Below, in pieces: positions 49,337 to 62,860 of a DNA stretch of 64,000 nucleotides (positions are counted from its first letter, which is position 1; each line of letters begins with the position of its first letter). A model generated the notes under the pieces. That model was not told the DNA's origin, did no database searches, and saw nothing but the letters and a program-made list of their open reading frames with translations. The stretch spans positions 246,148 through 310,147 of the forward strand of contig CAVOLR010000011.1 of the NCBI GenBank assembly GCA_963696845.1, read 5' to 3'. This DNA is from an uncultured Alphaproteobacteria bacterium (lineage in GTDB: Bacteria; Pseudomonadota; Alphaproteobacteria; Rhizobiales; Xanthobacteraceae). A program made the position numbers and the translations under genes.

Positions 49337-50078
49337 CTACTTGCCTATGTCGCTGAGCTTGGCCTTCTCGCCTTCGGGATAGACGGTCGCGGTGGAATTG
49401 CCCTGGCGATATTTCTCGAACCCTTCGGTGCGCCGCGCCGTGTAGGCGGGCGTCTCCGAGCGCGGCTGCACCAGGTCGGACGGATTGGCGACCATGGCCG
49501 CGAGGTTGCGCTGCGTGGCGCAGCCGAAATTGTAGTACTGCTTGTTCTCGTTATAGAGCGGGTTGTCGATGTTCGGCCCGAGATCGTCCGGCCATTTGCC
49601 GCAAGGACCCGCGGTCGCCGCGATCCTGGTGTAGCTCAGCCGGATCGGCGTCAGCTCCTGCGGATTGGCGGGCCGATAGGGACGCGTGGCGATGCCGTTC
49701 GCCGGCACGCCGCCCGCCATCAGCACCGAACGGATTTCACCCATGGTCGACGCCGCGGCTCTGCGCGTTCGGCGAGTCCACCGGCACTTCGGCCAGCACG
49801 CCGCCGGTGCCTTCGCGAACCCAGGTCCGCGCCAGTCCCATCACGTCGTCGCGCTGCGTCGCGGTCAGGCCGCCGCGCCCATGGCCGACGAAGACCACCG
49901 TCGTCTTGGTGGCCTCGGTGATCGCGATCGGATGACGCAGCCGGTAATCGTCGGCCGCGCCCGAGGTCACGTAGTCCTGCGATGCGGTGTGGCAGCCGCC
50001 CAGGATGGTGGACAGGCCGATCAGGGCGCCCGACAGGCGCAGTATGTGACGGCGTCCGGACTGTGCTGTGTGGGTCAT
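49337..50078 (-). CDS. cpaD: Pilus assembly lipoprotein CpaD (frameshift ~49760)
   Basis: LGGC, DYRLRHPIAI, CGKWPDDLG, NFGCATQRNLAAMVANPSDL. Confidence 0.9.
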
Positions 50079-50115
50079 CGTCTTGTCCTCGGGTCTCGCG
50101 TTCGCCGCGCATGTC

Positions 50116-51695
50116 TCAGTCGATGAAGAATCCGAAGTTGAATTGCTTGCCGGTGACGGGATCGACGCGCGCGGCGATGCCGTAGATGCGGTTCATGCGC
50201 GCGAGCAGGGTCGATTGCGCATCGGATGCCGGCGCGAATCCGTCGTCGGGACGCGACAGCTCCTTCTGGGCGACCGCGCGCACCACATAGGGCGTCACCA
50301 GCACCATCAGCTCGGTCTCGTTGTTGACGTAGTCCTGGCTGCGGAACAGCCCGCCCAGGACCGGCAACTGGTCCACGCCGGGAATGCCGTTGATCGCCTG
50401 CTTGGTCTGCTGCTGGATCAGGCCGGCCATCGCCATCGAGCCGCCGGAGGGAATTTCCAGCGTGGTCTCGGCGCGGCGGGTGCGGACCGAGGGAATGGTG
50501 ATGGAGTTGGTCGTCGTCGCGCTCGCGGATTGCGAAACGGTGATCGCGTTGTCGTTGGACAGCTCCGACACTTCGGTCATCACGCGCAGGCTGATGCGGC
50601 CTTCGCTCAGCACCACCGGCGTGAAATTCAGCGAAATGCCGAACTTCTTGTAGGTGATCTGGGTGGTGCAGACATGGGTGACGGGATCGCAGGAGTAGCC
50701 CGCGGGAATCGGGAATTCACCGCCGGCGATGAAGGTCGCCGACTCGCCGGAGATCGCGGTCAGGTTCGGTTCGGCGAGCGTGCGCACCACGCCGGCGCTT
50801 TCCATCGCCCGCATGGTCGCGCTGACCGTCGGTATGCCCTTGGGCGTGGAAATCCCCTGCAGGCCGTTGCCGGCGACCAGCGGCGAGCCGAGCGCGGTGA
50901 ACGGGTTGCTGTTGTTGAAGTTCACGACCGCTGTGCCGACATTCATGCTGGCGGAGAGATCGACGCCCATCTGCTTGATGATGTCGCGGCGGACTTCGGC
51001 GACATGCACCTTCAGCATGACCTGGTCGCGGCCCTTGACGACGATGCTGTTGACGACCTTGTCGGCGCCGCCGACCAGGCGGGCGGCGATGTCGCCGGCC
51101 TGCTGCGCCTCGACCGGGCTCGTCACCGCGCCGCTCAGCACGACGCCCTCGCCGACGCCCTCGATCTGTACGCCCGGCAGGATCTGATGCAGCGCGGCGC
51201 GAACGCCGTTGAGGTCGCGCTTGATCGCGATGTCATAGTTCGCGATCTGCTCGCCGTCGGCGTCGAAGAACACGACATTGGTCTGGCCGATGCCGACGCC
51301 GATGACATAGGCGCGCTGCGAGGAGCGGATCACGGCGTTGGCGATCTTGGGATCGCCGACCAGCACGTCCTTGGCGTCGCGCGGCAGGTCGATGACGACG
51401 GATTTGCCGATGCCGAGCGCAAGGAAGCGCGTCTTGGCCGGGATGCTCGCGGTGGTGTGCACGACCGGCTCGGCGCGTATCGGCATGTGGGCTTGCGGCA
51501 GCGGGCGCAGTGGCCGGCGCCACGACGGCGGGCTCGTCGCCGGCGCGCGTGGAATTGAGCTGGTGCGCCAGCGCCGCGAGTGCCGGGTCGTCGGTGGCGC
51601 GCACGGAGTTGAGCTGCAGCGCCAGCGCGGCGATCGCCGACAACGGAGAGGGCGCGGATGAGGACGGGTTTCAAGGTGCTTGCCCTGCTGTTCAT
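50116..51695 (-). CDS. cpaC: Pilus secretin CpaC/RcpA (N-terminal frameshifts)
   Basis: QVMLKVHVAEV, LAEPNLTAISGESATF.AGGEFP, ETELMVLVTPY. Confidence 0.92.
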
Positions 51696-51934
51696 TTGGG
51701 ATCCTCGGTCACTTTCTGTGCCGTGACGCGGCGTGCGAACGGCATGGATGCCGTCGCTGCCGGTGCAGGTTTGTTGGGGACGTGCTGAACCGCGCTGGCC
51801 GGACGCACGACGGCAAGCGTCGCGGTCATGCCGGCCGATGCGGAGAGCTCGTTGTCGATCCTGCTCGCGGACGAGGCGGCAATGCCGCCGGCGCCGGGCG
51901 CGACGATCACGACGACAGTTCGGGCGGTAAACAT
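51692..51934 (-). pseudogene. Miniature, internally deleted cpaB-like ORF
   Basis: N-terminus MFTARTVVVIVAPGAGGIAA resembles the CpaB start; occupies the cpaB position; stop overlaps the cpaC start; only 80 aa. Confidence 0.55.
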
Positions 51935-52158
51935 ACTCTTAACGCAACTTTACTCCTGCCCTGAAGGCCGGTCAGTTCCCCTATCCCCGCAAGCAGGGTT
52001 ACGCAGCAAAGGTGTAAGGGGACTTGAGACGGGCAGGATGCGCGCAGCGGTAGCCGGGGGAATCGTCCTCATGGTGAACGGGACGTTATCGCGCGCGGCA
52101 TGCCGACGCGTCGGCTACAACCTGCGGAGAGGACGGACCGCGCTCTACAATCTCCAAA

Positions 52159-54479
<2,321 letters not shown>

Positions 54480-54606
54480 CGCATGGTCCTCCCGGTCGGA
54501 TGCCCGATATTAGATGATGATCATCATAAAAACAACGGCGGCGAGCTGGCGTCGAGCCCGGTTCCCCGAGCTTTCCGCCGGGCCGCCCATGCGCTATCCC
54601 TTTGAT

Positions 54607-55537
54607 ATGGACAAGCTGACGGATCACAAACCGGCGAGCATGGCGGACGCCGCGGGCTGGGCCGGCGCGATCGCGCTGATCGGCTTCATCCTGGTCGCGA
54701 CCGCGCAGGCCTCCAACATGATCCTGGCGCGCGGCCTTGCCGGCTCGGTGCCGCCCTTTGCGCTGGCGTTCTTCCGCTGGTCGATCATCTTCCTCGGCCT
54801 TGCGCCGCTCGCGCTCGCGGAAATCCGGCAGGGCCGGATTCCGCTGGCAAAGATGCGCTGGCCGATCCTCGCCGCCGGCTTCCTCGGCATGTTCCTGTGC
54901 GGCGGCCCGATCTATGTCGCGGGCATCTCGACCACGGCGATCCACATCGCGCTGATCATGGCGCTGTCGCCGATCGTGGTGCTCCTGATCTCGGCCGCGC
55001 TCGGCATGGAGCATATCGGTCCGCTGCAATGGCTCGGCACGGCGCTCGCGCTCGCCGGCGCGCTGCTGATCGTGACCGGCGGCCATCCCGAAGCGCTGAT
55101 GCAAGTCGAAGGCGGCATGGGGCGACCTGCTGGTCGTGTTCGCGATGCTCGGCTGGTCCGGCTACACGCTGTTGCAGTCGCGCGTCGCGCCGCAGGCCTC
55201 GCTGCTCGCGCGCATCAGCCTGTTCTCCGCAGCCGGCGCGCTGTGCTCGCTGCCGCCGGCGCTCTACGAGATGTGGACCGCGCCGTCGGCGGTCTTCAGC
55301 ATGAAAGCGGCCGAGGCCTATCTGTTCGCCGGCCTCGTGCCGGGCCTGATCGCCTATGCCGGCTTCGCCTGGCTCGCCGCGCGCTTCGGTTCGGTGCGCA
55401 CCTCGCTGGTGCTCTATGTCGGCCCGGTCGCGAGCGCGCTGCTGTCGTTCCTCATCCTCGGCGAGCCGCCGACCCTGATCCACTTGGTCGGCGGCCTGCT
55501 GATCCTCGGCGGCGTCTGGGCGAGCTTGCGGAAATAG
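54607..55537 (+). CDS. DMT/EamA family transporter (frameshift ~55120)
   Basis: PPFALAFFRW, multiple TM helices, ILGE motif. Confidence 0.85.
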
Positions 55538-55601
55538 GGCATGATCCGGAAAAGTGTGAAGCGGTTTTCCTGCGACAACGCGTGCATTGCCCAAACAAAA
55601 A
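55535..55601 (+). repeat. TAG-anchored palindromic repeat (copy D)
   Basis: TAGGGCATGATCCGGAAAAGTGTGAAGCGGTTTTCC...TGCCCAAACAAAA. Confidence 0.8.
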
Positions 55602-55607
55602 GCCGCG

Positions 55608-56033
55608 CTACTTCATCGCCTTCTCGTGATTGGCGATGCCGATCGCCTTGTAGTCATAGGTCGCGTAGAACTCGGTGCGATAGGCGCCCCAGGCCATGGT
55701 CTCGAAGATGCGGTTGACCTCGCGCAGCCGCGAGGCCGGCAGCCGCAGGGTCACGACCTGGCCGATGCCCATCATCACATACCAGCTCACGACCTCGACG
55801 CCGTCAGGCGGAAACGCCTTGTAGAATCCCTGCTTCTCCAGCTGCGCGTTGAGCTCGGCGAGCGGCCGCGACTGGTCATGCTTCAGGAAGATCGTCAGCA
55901 TGACCGCATTGTCGGGCGTCGGCGTCGCCGTGTTGGCCGGCGTCGGTGTTGGCGCCTGCGCGCTGCTCGCGTTGAACAGCGCGGCCGACGCCAGCACGGC
56001 CAGCGCCGTCAGCAAGATCCGTCCTCGTCGCAT
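55608..56033 (-). CDS. Secreted hypothetical protein
   Basis: Signal peptide, Pro/Thr linker, FPPDGVEVVSWYVMMGIGQVVTL domain. Confidence 0.75.
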   Translation of the reverse strand: MRRGRILLTALAVLASAALFNASSAQAPTPTPANTATPTPDNAVMLTIFLKHDQSRPLAELNAQLEKQGFYKAFPPDGVEVVSWYVMMGIGQVVTLRLPASRLREVNRIFETMAWGAYRTEFYATYDYKAIGIANHEKAMK

Positions 56034-56115
56034 CTTTCGTCTCCCGTATGAAGCGCTTGTTGCGCCCTTGCGAGCGATCATCGACGGCAATGGGCGGAGC
56101 TGTAAACGCGTAAAA

Positions 56116-57451
56116 TCAGCGCGCCTTGTACTCTCCCGAAATGTCCTTGCCGGTGTAGTCGGTCATCAACGCGGTCGCGATCAGGGTGATCACGGCGCAG
56201 GCGGCGATATAGGCGGCGATCGCCGTCGACGTATGGAAGGTCCCGAACAGCCAGGCCGCGATCAGCGGCGCCGGCCCGCCGGCGATGATGGAGGCAAGCT
56301 GATAGCCGAGCGAGGCGCCGCTGTAGCGCAGCCGTCCCGTAAAGCTTTCGGCGATCAGCGCCGCCTGCGGCCCGTACATCATGTCGTGCGGGATCAGCGA
56401 CAGGATGATCGCGAAGAAGATGATCGGCTCCGATCCGGTGCCGAGCAGGGCGAAATAGATGAAGCCGAACACGCCGGTCACGGCAGCGCCGATCATGTAC
56501 ATGTTCTTCCGCCCGATCTTGTCGGACAGATGCCCGAACACGGGAATCGAGACGAACGACAGCACGGACGCCGCCAGCACCGCGGTGAGCAGGAAGTCGC
56601 GCGAGACGTGCAGCGTGCCGGTGCCGTAGGAGAAGATGAAGGCGGTGAAGATGTAGAACGGCGCCTGCTCGGCCATGCGCGCAAAGGCCGACAGCAGGAT
56701 TTCCTTCGGATGCTCCATGATCACGGTGAGCATCGGCGTGCGGTCGATCTTCTGCTCGGCGAGCAGCTTGGCGAACATCGGCGTCTCCATGATGCCGAGC
56801 CGGATGTAGAGGCCGACGCGCGACCAGCACGAGGCTGAGCGCGAACGGAATGCGCCAGCCCCAGGCGAGGAAGCTGTCGCCCGACATCTGGCTGAAGGCG
56901 AGCACGGCAAGATTGGCCAGGAACAGGCCGCAGGGCACGCCGAATTGCGGCCAGGATGCGATCAGCCCGCGCGACTTGTCGTCGCGCGCCCATTCCATCG
57001 ACATCAGCACCGAGCCGCCCCACTCGCCGCCGACGCCGACGCCCTGGATGAAGCGCAGCACGGTCAGGAGCACCGCGCCCCAGATGCCGATGCTCTGATA
57101 GGTCGGCACGATCGCCACCGCGGCGGTGGCGAGGCCCATCAGCAGCAGCGTGGCGATCAGCGTCGATTTGCGGCCGATGCGGTCGCCGTAATGGCCGAAG
57201 ATCGCGGCGCCCACCGGGCGCGCGACGAAGCCGACGGCATAGATGGCGAAGGCTTCGAGCGTGCCGACCCATGGGTCGGAATGCGGAAAGAACAGCTTTG
57301 CGAAGACCAGGCCGGTGACGGTCGAATAGAGGAAGAAATCGTACCATTCGATCGCGGTGCCGACGGTGGAGGCGATCACCGCGCGGCGAAGCTGGAGCTC
57401 GTGCTCGGAGGTCGACAGGGGCGGGATGACGGGATCGGTGGATATGGTCAT
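56116..57451 (-). CDS. MFS transporter, MHS/ShiA-like (frameshift ~56820)
   Basis: GTAIEWYDF, GDRIGRK, GGEWGG, ETP, RYSGASLGYQ. Confidence 0.92.
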
Positions 57452-57879
57452 GGGCGCTCTCCGGATAGCCCCAACACATTGTTTTTTCGGGAGAACGTGG
57501 AGAGCGCGGCCGGGTTCCATGCAACTTCGGCGAAAGCCTCTCGTCAAAAGGCCTGAGATCACGGAGCCGTTCACGCTCCGTCAAATGTGAACCACATCAC
57601 ACGAATCCGGAGCTTTACGGGCTATTAACCAGCAGCCAGCGCGGAGTTTTGGTTTGGCGTGATCTTTCGGATCATGCCGCGATTTGAGGACGAGATCATG
57701 TCAACGCGTCGAAAGGCATATTGGTGGTTCTGGTTCGTGGCCTCGGGACGTTTTCTCGAGACCTTTTTGAACCTGCGCGGCAAGCGCAGCTAACGCTTGT
57801 TGCCTGTCTTTTCAGAAGACCACTTTTTCCCGATCATATTCTGGCCGCCACATTACGGCGGCCAGAGCTTTGCACCGCC

Positions 57880-59037
57880 TCAGGCGGCGTTGATCAGCTT
57901 CATGCAATAGGCGGCGCCGCTGTTCATGGCGTCGCGGCCCTTCCAGGCCAATTGAGCGAGCCTGCCCGCCAGTGAATCGCGGCTGCGCAGGCTGCGCGAC
58001 GCGAGCACGTGACCGACCTCATCGGGGAAGCGCGCGACTTCGGCCTCGACCAGGCTCGCGATGGCATCCATCAACGACGTCAGCCGCTCGCCCCAGGCCG
58101 ACTGCTCGAGCTGGTCGATGCGAAGGTGCAGTGCGTGCTCGATGTCGTAGATCTCGGTGAGCAGATCGCGCGCCACCACCACACGGTTGTTCCTGAGCGC
58201 GATCCGCAGCAACGCACGATCGTCGTCGATCCGGTCCAGCACCATCGAGACCACGATCGCATAAGGCGTCTTCGCGACATCGGCCGCGCTGCGGCTCGCC
58301 GCCGCCTTGGTGGCGAGGAAGATCAGCTGCCATGGCGTCCGCAACCGCTGGGCGATCAGCGCAATCGCAAACGGGACGGCATCGGCATTCTGCTTGGCAA
58401 AGCCGTGCAGCAGCGCGGTCATCTTGCGGACCTGCGTGTCGTCGAATTTCGCGATCCTTTCCGGCAGCGCCGAGTTGAACTTGGCGAGCGCGTCGCGGGC
58501 GCGCAGCGCCTGCATGATCTTGACCAGATCGTCATAGGCCGAACGCGACGCGGTGTAGGTCGCGAGCTTGAAGCGGGTGTGGCCGGCGCTGTCGGCATCG
58601 CGCAGCGTGCTTTCGAGATATTTGACGACCTTGGTCTGGAACGCGGTCACCGCCTGGCGCGCTTCCTTCTGCTTGTCGCCGGCGATCAGATCCTTCACCT
58701 GGTGCACGAAGTCGCGCGTCATGGTCGGCAGCAGGTCGCGGCTGATCCATTCCCAGATCGGGCTCAGCGAGCCGCGCGGGATCTTGCCGGAATTGGCGTG
58801 CTCGGGCGCGCCCTCGCTCAAGAGCGGATTGAGCGGCGCGAAGAACAGGCGCGGCGGCGAGTTCGCATCCTTGTCCTTGTCGGCGCCGTCCATGCCGAAC
58901 TCGGCGCGCAGCTTGGCCTGGATGTCGGCGGAGCGGGGCACGTCGACCCCGCAGAGCTCGAGCCGCTCCAGTTCGGAGAGCAGGCTCTTCCGCGTCAACG
59001 GGCTCAGTCGCGCCAGAAAGTCCCACAATTGCATCAT
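57880..59037 (-). CDS. Hypothetical alpha-helical protein
   Basis: Long ORF with coding-like composition; family not recognised. Confidence 0.7.
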   Translation of the reverse strand: MMQLWDFLARLSPLTRKSLLSELERLELCGVDVPRSADIQAKLRAEFGMDGADKDKDANSPPRLFFAPLNPLLSEGAPEHANSGKIPRGSLSPIWEWISRDLLPTMTRDFVHQVKDLIAGDKQKEARQAVTAFQTKVVKYLESTLRDADSAGHTRFKLATYTASRSAYDDLVKIMQALRARDALAKFNSALPERIAKFDDTQVRKMTALLHGFAKQNADAVPFAIALIAQRLRTPWQLIFLATKAAASRSAADVAKTPYAIVVSMVLDRIDDDRALLRIALRNNRVVVARDLLTEIYDIEHALHLRIDQLEQSAWGERLTSLMDAIASLVEAEVARFPDEVGHVLASRSLRSRDSLAGRLAQLAWKGRDAMNSGAAYCMKLINAA

Positions 59038-59343
59038 GGCACGCCGCGGTGTCTCCCGAACTAACCCATCTTTGGAGGCATTTGCGCGCTCGCAATCGGC
59101 GATCAGCAAAGCAGCCCAACGTTAAAGAAGTGGTAATCTGGTGGGTCGGCCGGCGGGGGTCGCCGCGCGTTCCACAATCTCCGGGAAACGGCTTGATGCG
59201 TCTGCAATTTCGACGGTCGGAACACGCCGATCGACGAGGTCGTTTCTTCGAAAGTTCCCGTAGTCCTACGGTTCCAAAAGTTAACGACGGCGTCCGCCGA
59301 CGACAGCGAACTCGTCCGCGCCGCGTTGCTGCCGTCTAATGGA

Positions 59344-59623
59344 TCAATAGAAATCCTCTTCCGCAAAGGACGCGAAGCGCGGCGTGGAGCGCACGACGGT
59401 CTGCGCGGGCTTCGGCGCGGCCGGAACGATGGTGATGGTCCAGCACGGCGGCACGCTTGCCGTCGTTCTCCCGCACCGAGCGGACATGCCCGATGACGGT
59501 CGCGTTGCCGTTGCGGACGGTCGCGGCCCGTCCGTTGAACTGGGCAATGCGGAAACGCCGGACTTCCTTCTGGTCGGCGGTCTCGTAAGTGAACATGGAA
59601 AGCTCTCCTGTGCCTTCCGCCAC
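59344..59623 (-). CDS. Small hypothetical protein (frameshift ~59460)
   Basis: FTYETADQKEVRRFRIAQFNGR continuing as WTITIVP...EEDFY* in a second frame. Confidence 0.55.
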
Positions 59624-59751
59624 TATCGCGTTTCATCGTTAGCCGGAGATAAAAATCGATGGCCGTACAAGTACGGGTTGTGTGCGCAATCGTGCATAGC
59701 TTCCAGCCGGATCGTGCGAAAAGAATCGCACGCGCGATGCCGGAGCTGCGG

Positions 59752-60141
59752 CTACGCGGCCGGGCCGAACACCGCTTCGATCTTGGTCTTCAGCGTCGCG
59801 GCGTTGAACGGCTTGACGATGTAATTGCTGACGCCGGCCTTCTTCGCGGCGATGACGTTCTCGGTCTTGGATTCGGCCGTGATCATGATGAACGGCGTCG
59901 TCGACAGCTCGGGGCTGGCGCGCACCTCCCGCAGCAGGTCGTAGCCGGTCATCGGCTCCATGTTCCAGTCGGAGATCACGAGGCCGTATTTCCTGCCCTG
60001 CATCCTGGCAAGCGCGGCCGAGCCGTCGCTCGCGTCGTCGACGTTCTCGAAGCCGATCTGCTTCAGCAGGTTGCGGATGATGCGGATCATGGTGGCGTAG
60101 TCGTCCACCACGAGGATCGGCATCGAAAGATCAAAGGCCAT
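59752..60141 (-). CDS. cheY: Chemotaxis response regulator CheY
   Basis: LVVDD, ISDWNMEPMTG, MITAE, YIVKPFNAATL. Confidence 0.9.
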   Translation of the reverse strand: MAFDLSMPILVVDDYATMIRIIRNLLKQIGFENVDDASDGSAALARMQGRKYGLVISDWNMEPMTGYDLLREVRASPELSTTPFIMITAESKTENVIAAKKAGVSNYIVKPFNAATLKTKIEAVFGPAA

Positions 60142-60304
60142 GTCTGTGCTCCGCCGCGCGTCCTGACGCAAATCGGCCGAAACACGCGCGAGGCGTCACA
60201 AGCCCGCGACAACCGATCGAAGCTTTGCAAGGACTCGCGCTCAAGTCAGCCCGGCGACGGATAGCAGCGGCCGTTGAACGGCGCGTTAATCGGCGGCGCC
60301 GTAC

Positions 60305-61132
60305 TTATACCGAGCGGGGTCGCGGTTTGCCGCGCGAGGACGGCGGCTTGCCGCCGCCCGTCTCGGCGCAATGCGGGCGCACCAGCCGGTCATATTGCGC
60401 GCTGACCGTGCCGTAGCATTCGCACGTGGCCTTCTTCAGCGCATCGACGTCGAGGATCTGGATATGGCCGCGGCTGTAGTGAATCACGCCGGCTTGCTGC
60501 AGGGAGCTCGCCGCCATCGAGATGCTGTTGCGCCGCGCGCCGATCAATTGCGCCATCAATACCTGCGTCAGCACGAACTTGCCGCCGCCCGAGAGATCGT
60601 GGATCTGCAGCAGGCATCGGGCCATGCGCGCCTCGACCGGATGCGCGGCATTGCAGCCGGCCGTCTGTTGGACCTGCGCATACATCGCAAGCCCGTGCCG
60701 CATCATGAGCGCGCGCAGCGTGGCGCTGCGATCGGCCGCGGCGTGCAGCTGTTCGAGCCCGACGGTGGAGGCGATGCCGGGCACCAGCACCACCGCGCTG
60801 GTGAGCGCGACGGGGTCGCCGAGCGCGGAAAAAATGCCGAAGAGGCTGTCGCGTCCGATCATGGCGACCTGGACGCGCTCGCCCTTCGACAGGTTGACGA
60901 TCAGTGAGATCACACCGCGGTGCGGCAGCCAGGCTCGCCGCAACGTATCGCCGGCTCCGACCAGCACGGAATTCGCAGGCAGATCGGCGGCTTTCAGGTG
61001 CGGGCGGATCAGCTCGAAATCATCCGCCGCCAGCGACGACAGAAATCCATTCGCCGTACGAGGGGTCAATTCCAAAGCCGCCTCCTGCCTCACGGGCAAA
61101 TCAGGCCTCTGGGTCGCCGCAATGCACGCCAA
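60305..61132 (-). CDS. Crp/Fnr family transcriptional regulator
   Basis: N.FLSSL, VAMIGRDS, CNAAHPVEARMARCLL, HTH, CECY. Confidence 0.88.
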   Translation of the reverse strand: MACIAATQRPDLPVRQEAALELTPRTANGFLSSLAADDFELIRPHLKAADLPANSVLVGAGDTLRRAWLPHRGVISLIVNLSKGERVQVAMIGRDSLFGIFSALGDPVALTSAVVLVPGIASTVGLEQLHAAADRSATLRALMMRHGLAMYAQVQQTAGCNAAHPVEARMARCLLQIHDLSGGGKFVLTQVLMAQLIGARRNSISMAASSLQQAGVIHYSRGHIQILDVDALKKATCECYGTVSAQYDRLVRPHCAETGGGKPPSSRGKPRPRSV

Positions 61133-61273
61133 TTAGCAGACAGGACAGTCATTGCCGATTTTTCCCGAAAGGAAAATTAGTCATCCGTCGCATGTGCGAT
61201 GCGTCGCCGATGCTGACCCATGTCCGGCAAGCTGATCGGTCGGCGTACAATTACGGGCCGAAATGATGCGGCC

Positions 61274-62023
61274 TCAGCCGAGCAACTGTTTTTGCCGGGC
61301 GCGGATCGCGGCATGGCATTCGCACGACATCGCCCGCAGGGCCTCGACGTCGATGACCTCGATCTGCCCGCGGCTGTAGCTGATGATGCCGGCTTGCTGC
61401 AGCGCATGGGCGACGATCGAGACGGCGTTGCGCCGCACGCCGATCATCTGCGCCAGCAATTCCTGCGTCAGCGGCAGGGTCCTGCCGTCGTGGAGATCGC
61501 GGGCGCGCAGCAGCCATCGCGACAGGCGCGCCTCGACCGAGTGGACGGCGTTGCAGGCCGCGGTCTGCTGCGCCTGCGCAAGCAGCGCCTCGCCGTGTCG
61601 GCTGACGAGACCGCGCAGCACGGAGCTTTGCGCGGCGACCATCCTGAAATCCGCAAGCTCGATCGCCGAGGCGGCGGCGGGAAACAGCACGATCGCATCG
61701 GTCAGCGACACGCCGTCGCCCAGCGTCTCGCAGGCGCCGACCACACTGTCGCGGCCGATCATCGCGACCTCGACGGACTGACCTTCGGAAAGATTCACCA
61801 CGATCGAGACGGCCCCGCCGTGCGGGAACACGATCTGGGCCGGCGTCACGCCCGCTTCCACGAGGACGGCTTCGCGGATCATCTGCAGCGGCTTCAGCCG
61901 CGCGCCGACGAGTTCGAAGTCCTCAGCCGGCAGTGCCTGCAACAACTGGTTCGGCGGACGCTGGAGTGAGGACATATGTTCTGCCGCAGGGCGCGGCAGT
62001 ACATCGGCGGTCTTCTCTGCCAC
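61274..62023 (-). CDS. Crp/Fnr family transcriptional regulator
   Basis: NQLLQAL, ACNAVHSVEARLSRWLL, LTQELLAQMIGVRR, CECH. Confidence 0.9.
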   Translation of the reverse strand: MAEKTADVLPRPAAEHMSSLQRPPNQLLQALPAEDFELVGARLKPLQMIREAVLVEAGVTPAQIVFPHGGAVSIVVNLSEGQSVEVAMIGRDSVVGACETLGDGVSLTDAIVLFPAAASAIELADFRMVAAQSSVLRGLVSRHGEALLAQAQQTAACNAVHSVEARLSRWLLRARDLHDGRTLPLTQELLAQMIGVRRNAVSIVAHALQQAGIISYSRGQIEVIDVEALRAMSCECHAAIRARQKQLLG

Positions 62024-62240
62024 GTCTCCCCCTTAACGTGCCAAACTATACAGGCTCGCTTTAAGGGTGTAAATTCACCCAGCTTAAAAAGCGTCGCGGG
62101 TTTCGTCCGGGTTCCACAGGTTGTATGACCTCGATATACACGTCGGAGGGCAGACAGGGTGCGGTCTTTTTTGCGGAATTGCGCCAATGGGGCTTTGATT
62201 CGCCGGCCGTGCATCCCGGCTGGCAGTGCTGGGGCATATC

Positions 62241-62660
62241 ATGACGCGCATTCTCGTCGTCGATGACGATCCGATGGTCTGCATGGCCATCGAGGTCTTT
62301 CTGCAACGTCACAATTTCGAGGTGGTGGTGACCGATGGCGGCGAAGCCGGGCTTCGCGCGCTCGACCGCGGCGGCATCGATCTGATGATCGTCGACATCT
62401 TCATGCCGCATATGCGCGGCTTCGAGTCGATCCGGATCTTCCACGAACGCGCGCCGGCGATTCCGCTGGTGGCGATGTCGGGCTACGCCTTCGCGAACCT
62501 CAATGCGCCCGCGCCGGATTTCCTGCGGATGGCGCTCGAACTCGGCGCCTCGCGCTGCCTGCGCAAGCCGTTCACGCCGGTGGCGCTGCTCGCCGCGGTC
62601 AACGAGTGTCTCGCCGACGCGCGGCTGAACGCGCCCGGCGTCGCCCAAATGAACCGATGA
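62241..62660 (+). CDS. Single-domain response regulator
   Basis: ILVVDDD, IVDIFMP, AMSG, LRKPF. Confidence 0.88.
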   Translation: MTRILVVDDDPMVCMAIEVFLQRHNFEVVVTDGGEAGLRALDRGGIDLMIVDIFMPHMRGFESIRIFHERAPAIPLVAMSGYAFANLNAPAPDFLRMALELGASRCLRKPFTPVALLAAVNECLADARLNAPGVAQMNR

Positions 62661-62860
62661 TCGCGCGACGAGCGGCGAGTAATGGTTAGCGCGCCGGCAA
62701 GGTTACCGCGCAATTAGTGTTAATGTCGGCGGCGCCGGCGTTCGCGCGCATTCGACGAACCCTGTTAACGGACGGGTAGGGCCTTCGGGAACATCGTGGC
62801 ACGTCGCCCACAGAACAAGTGCGGCGATGCGTCAGTTGTGTTCATCCAGAAGGAAAACCC

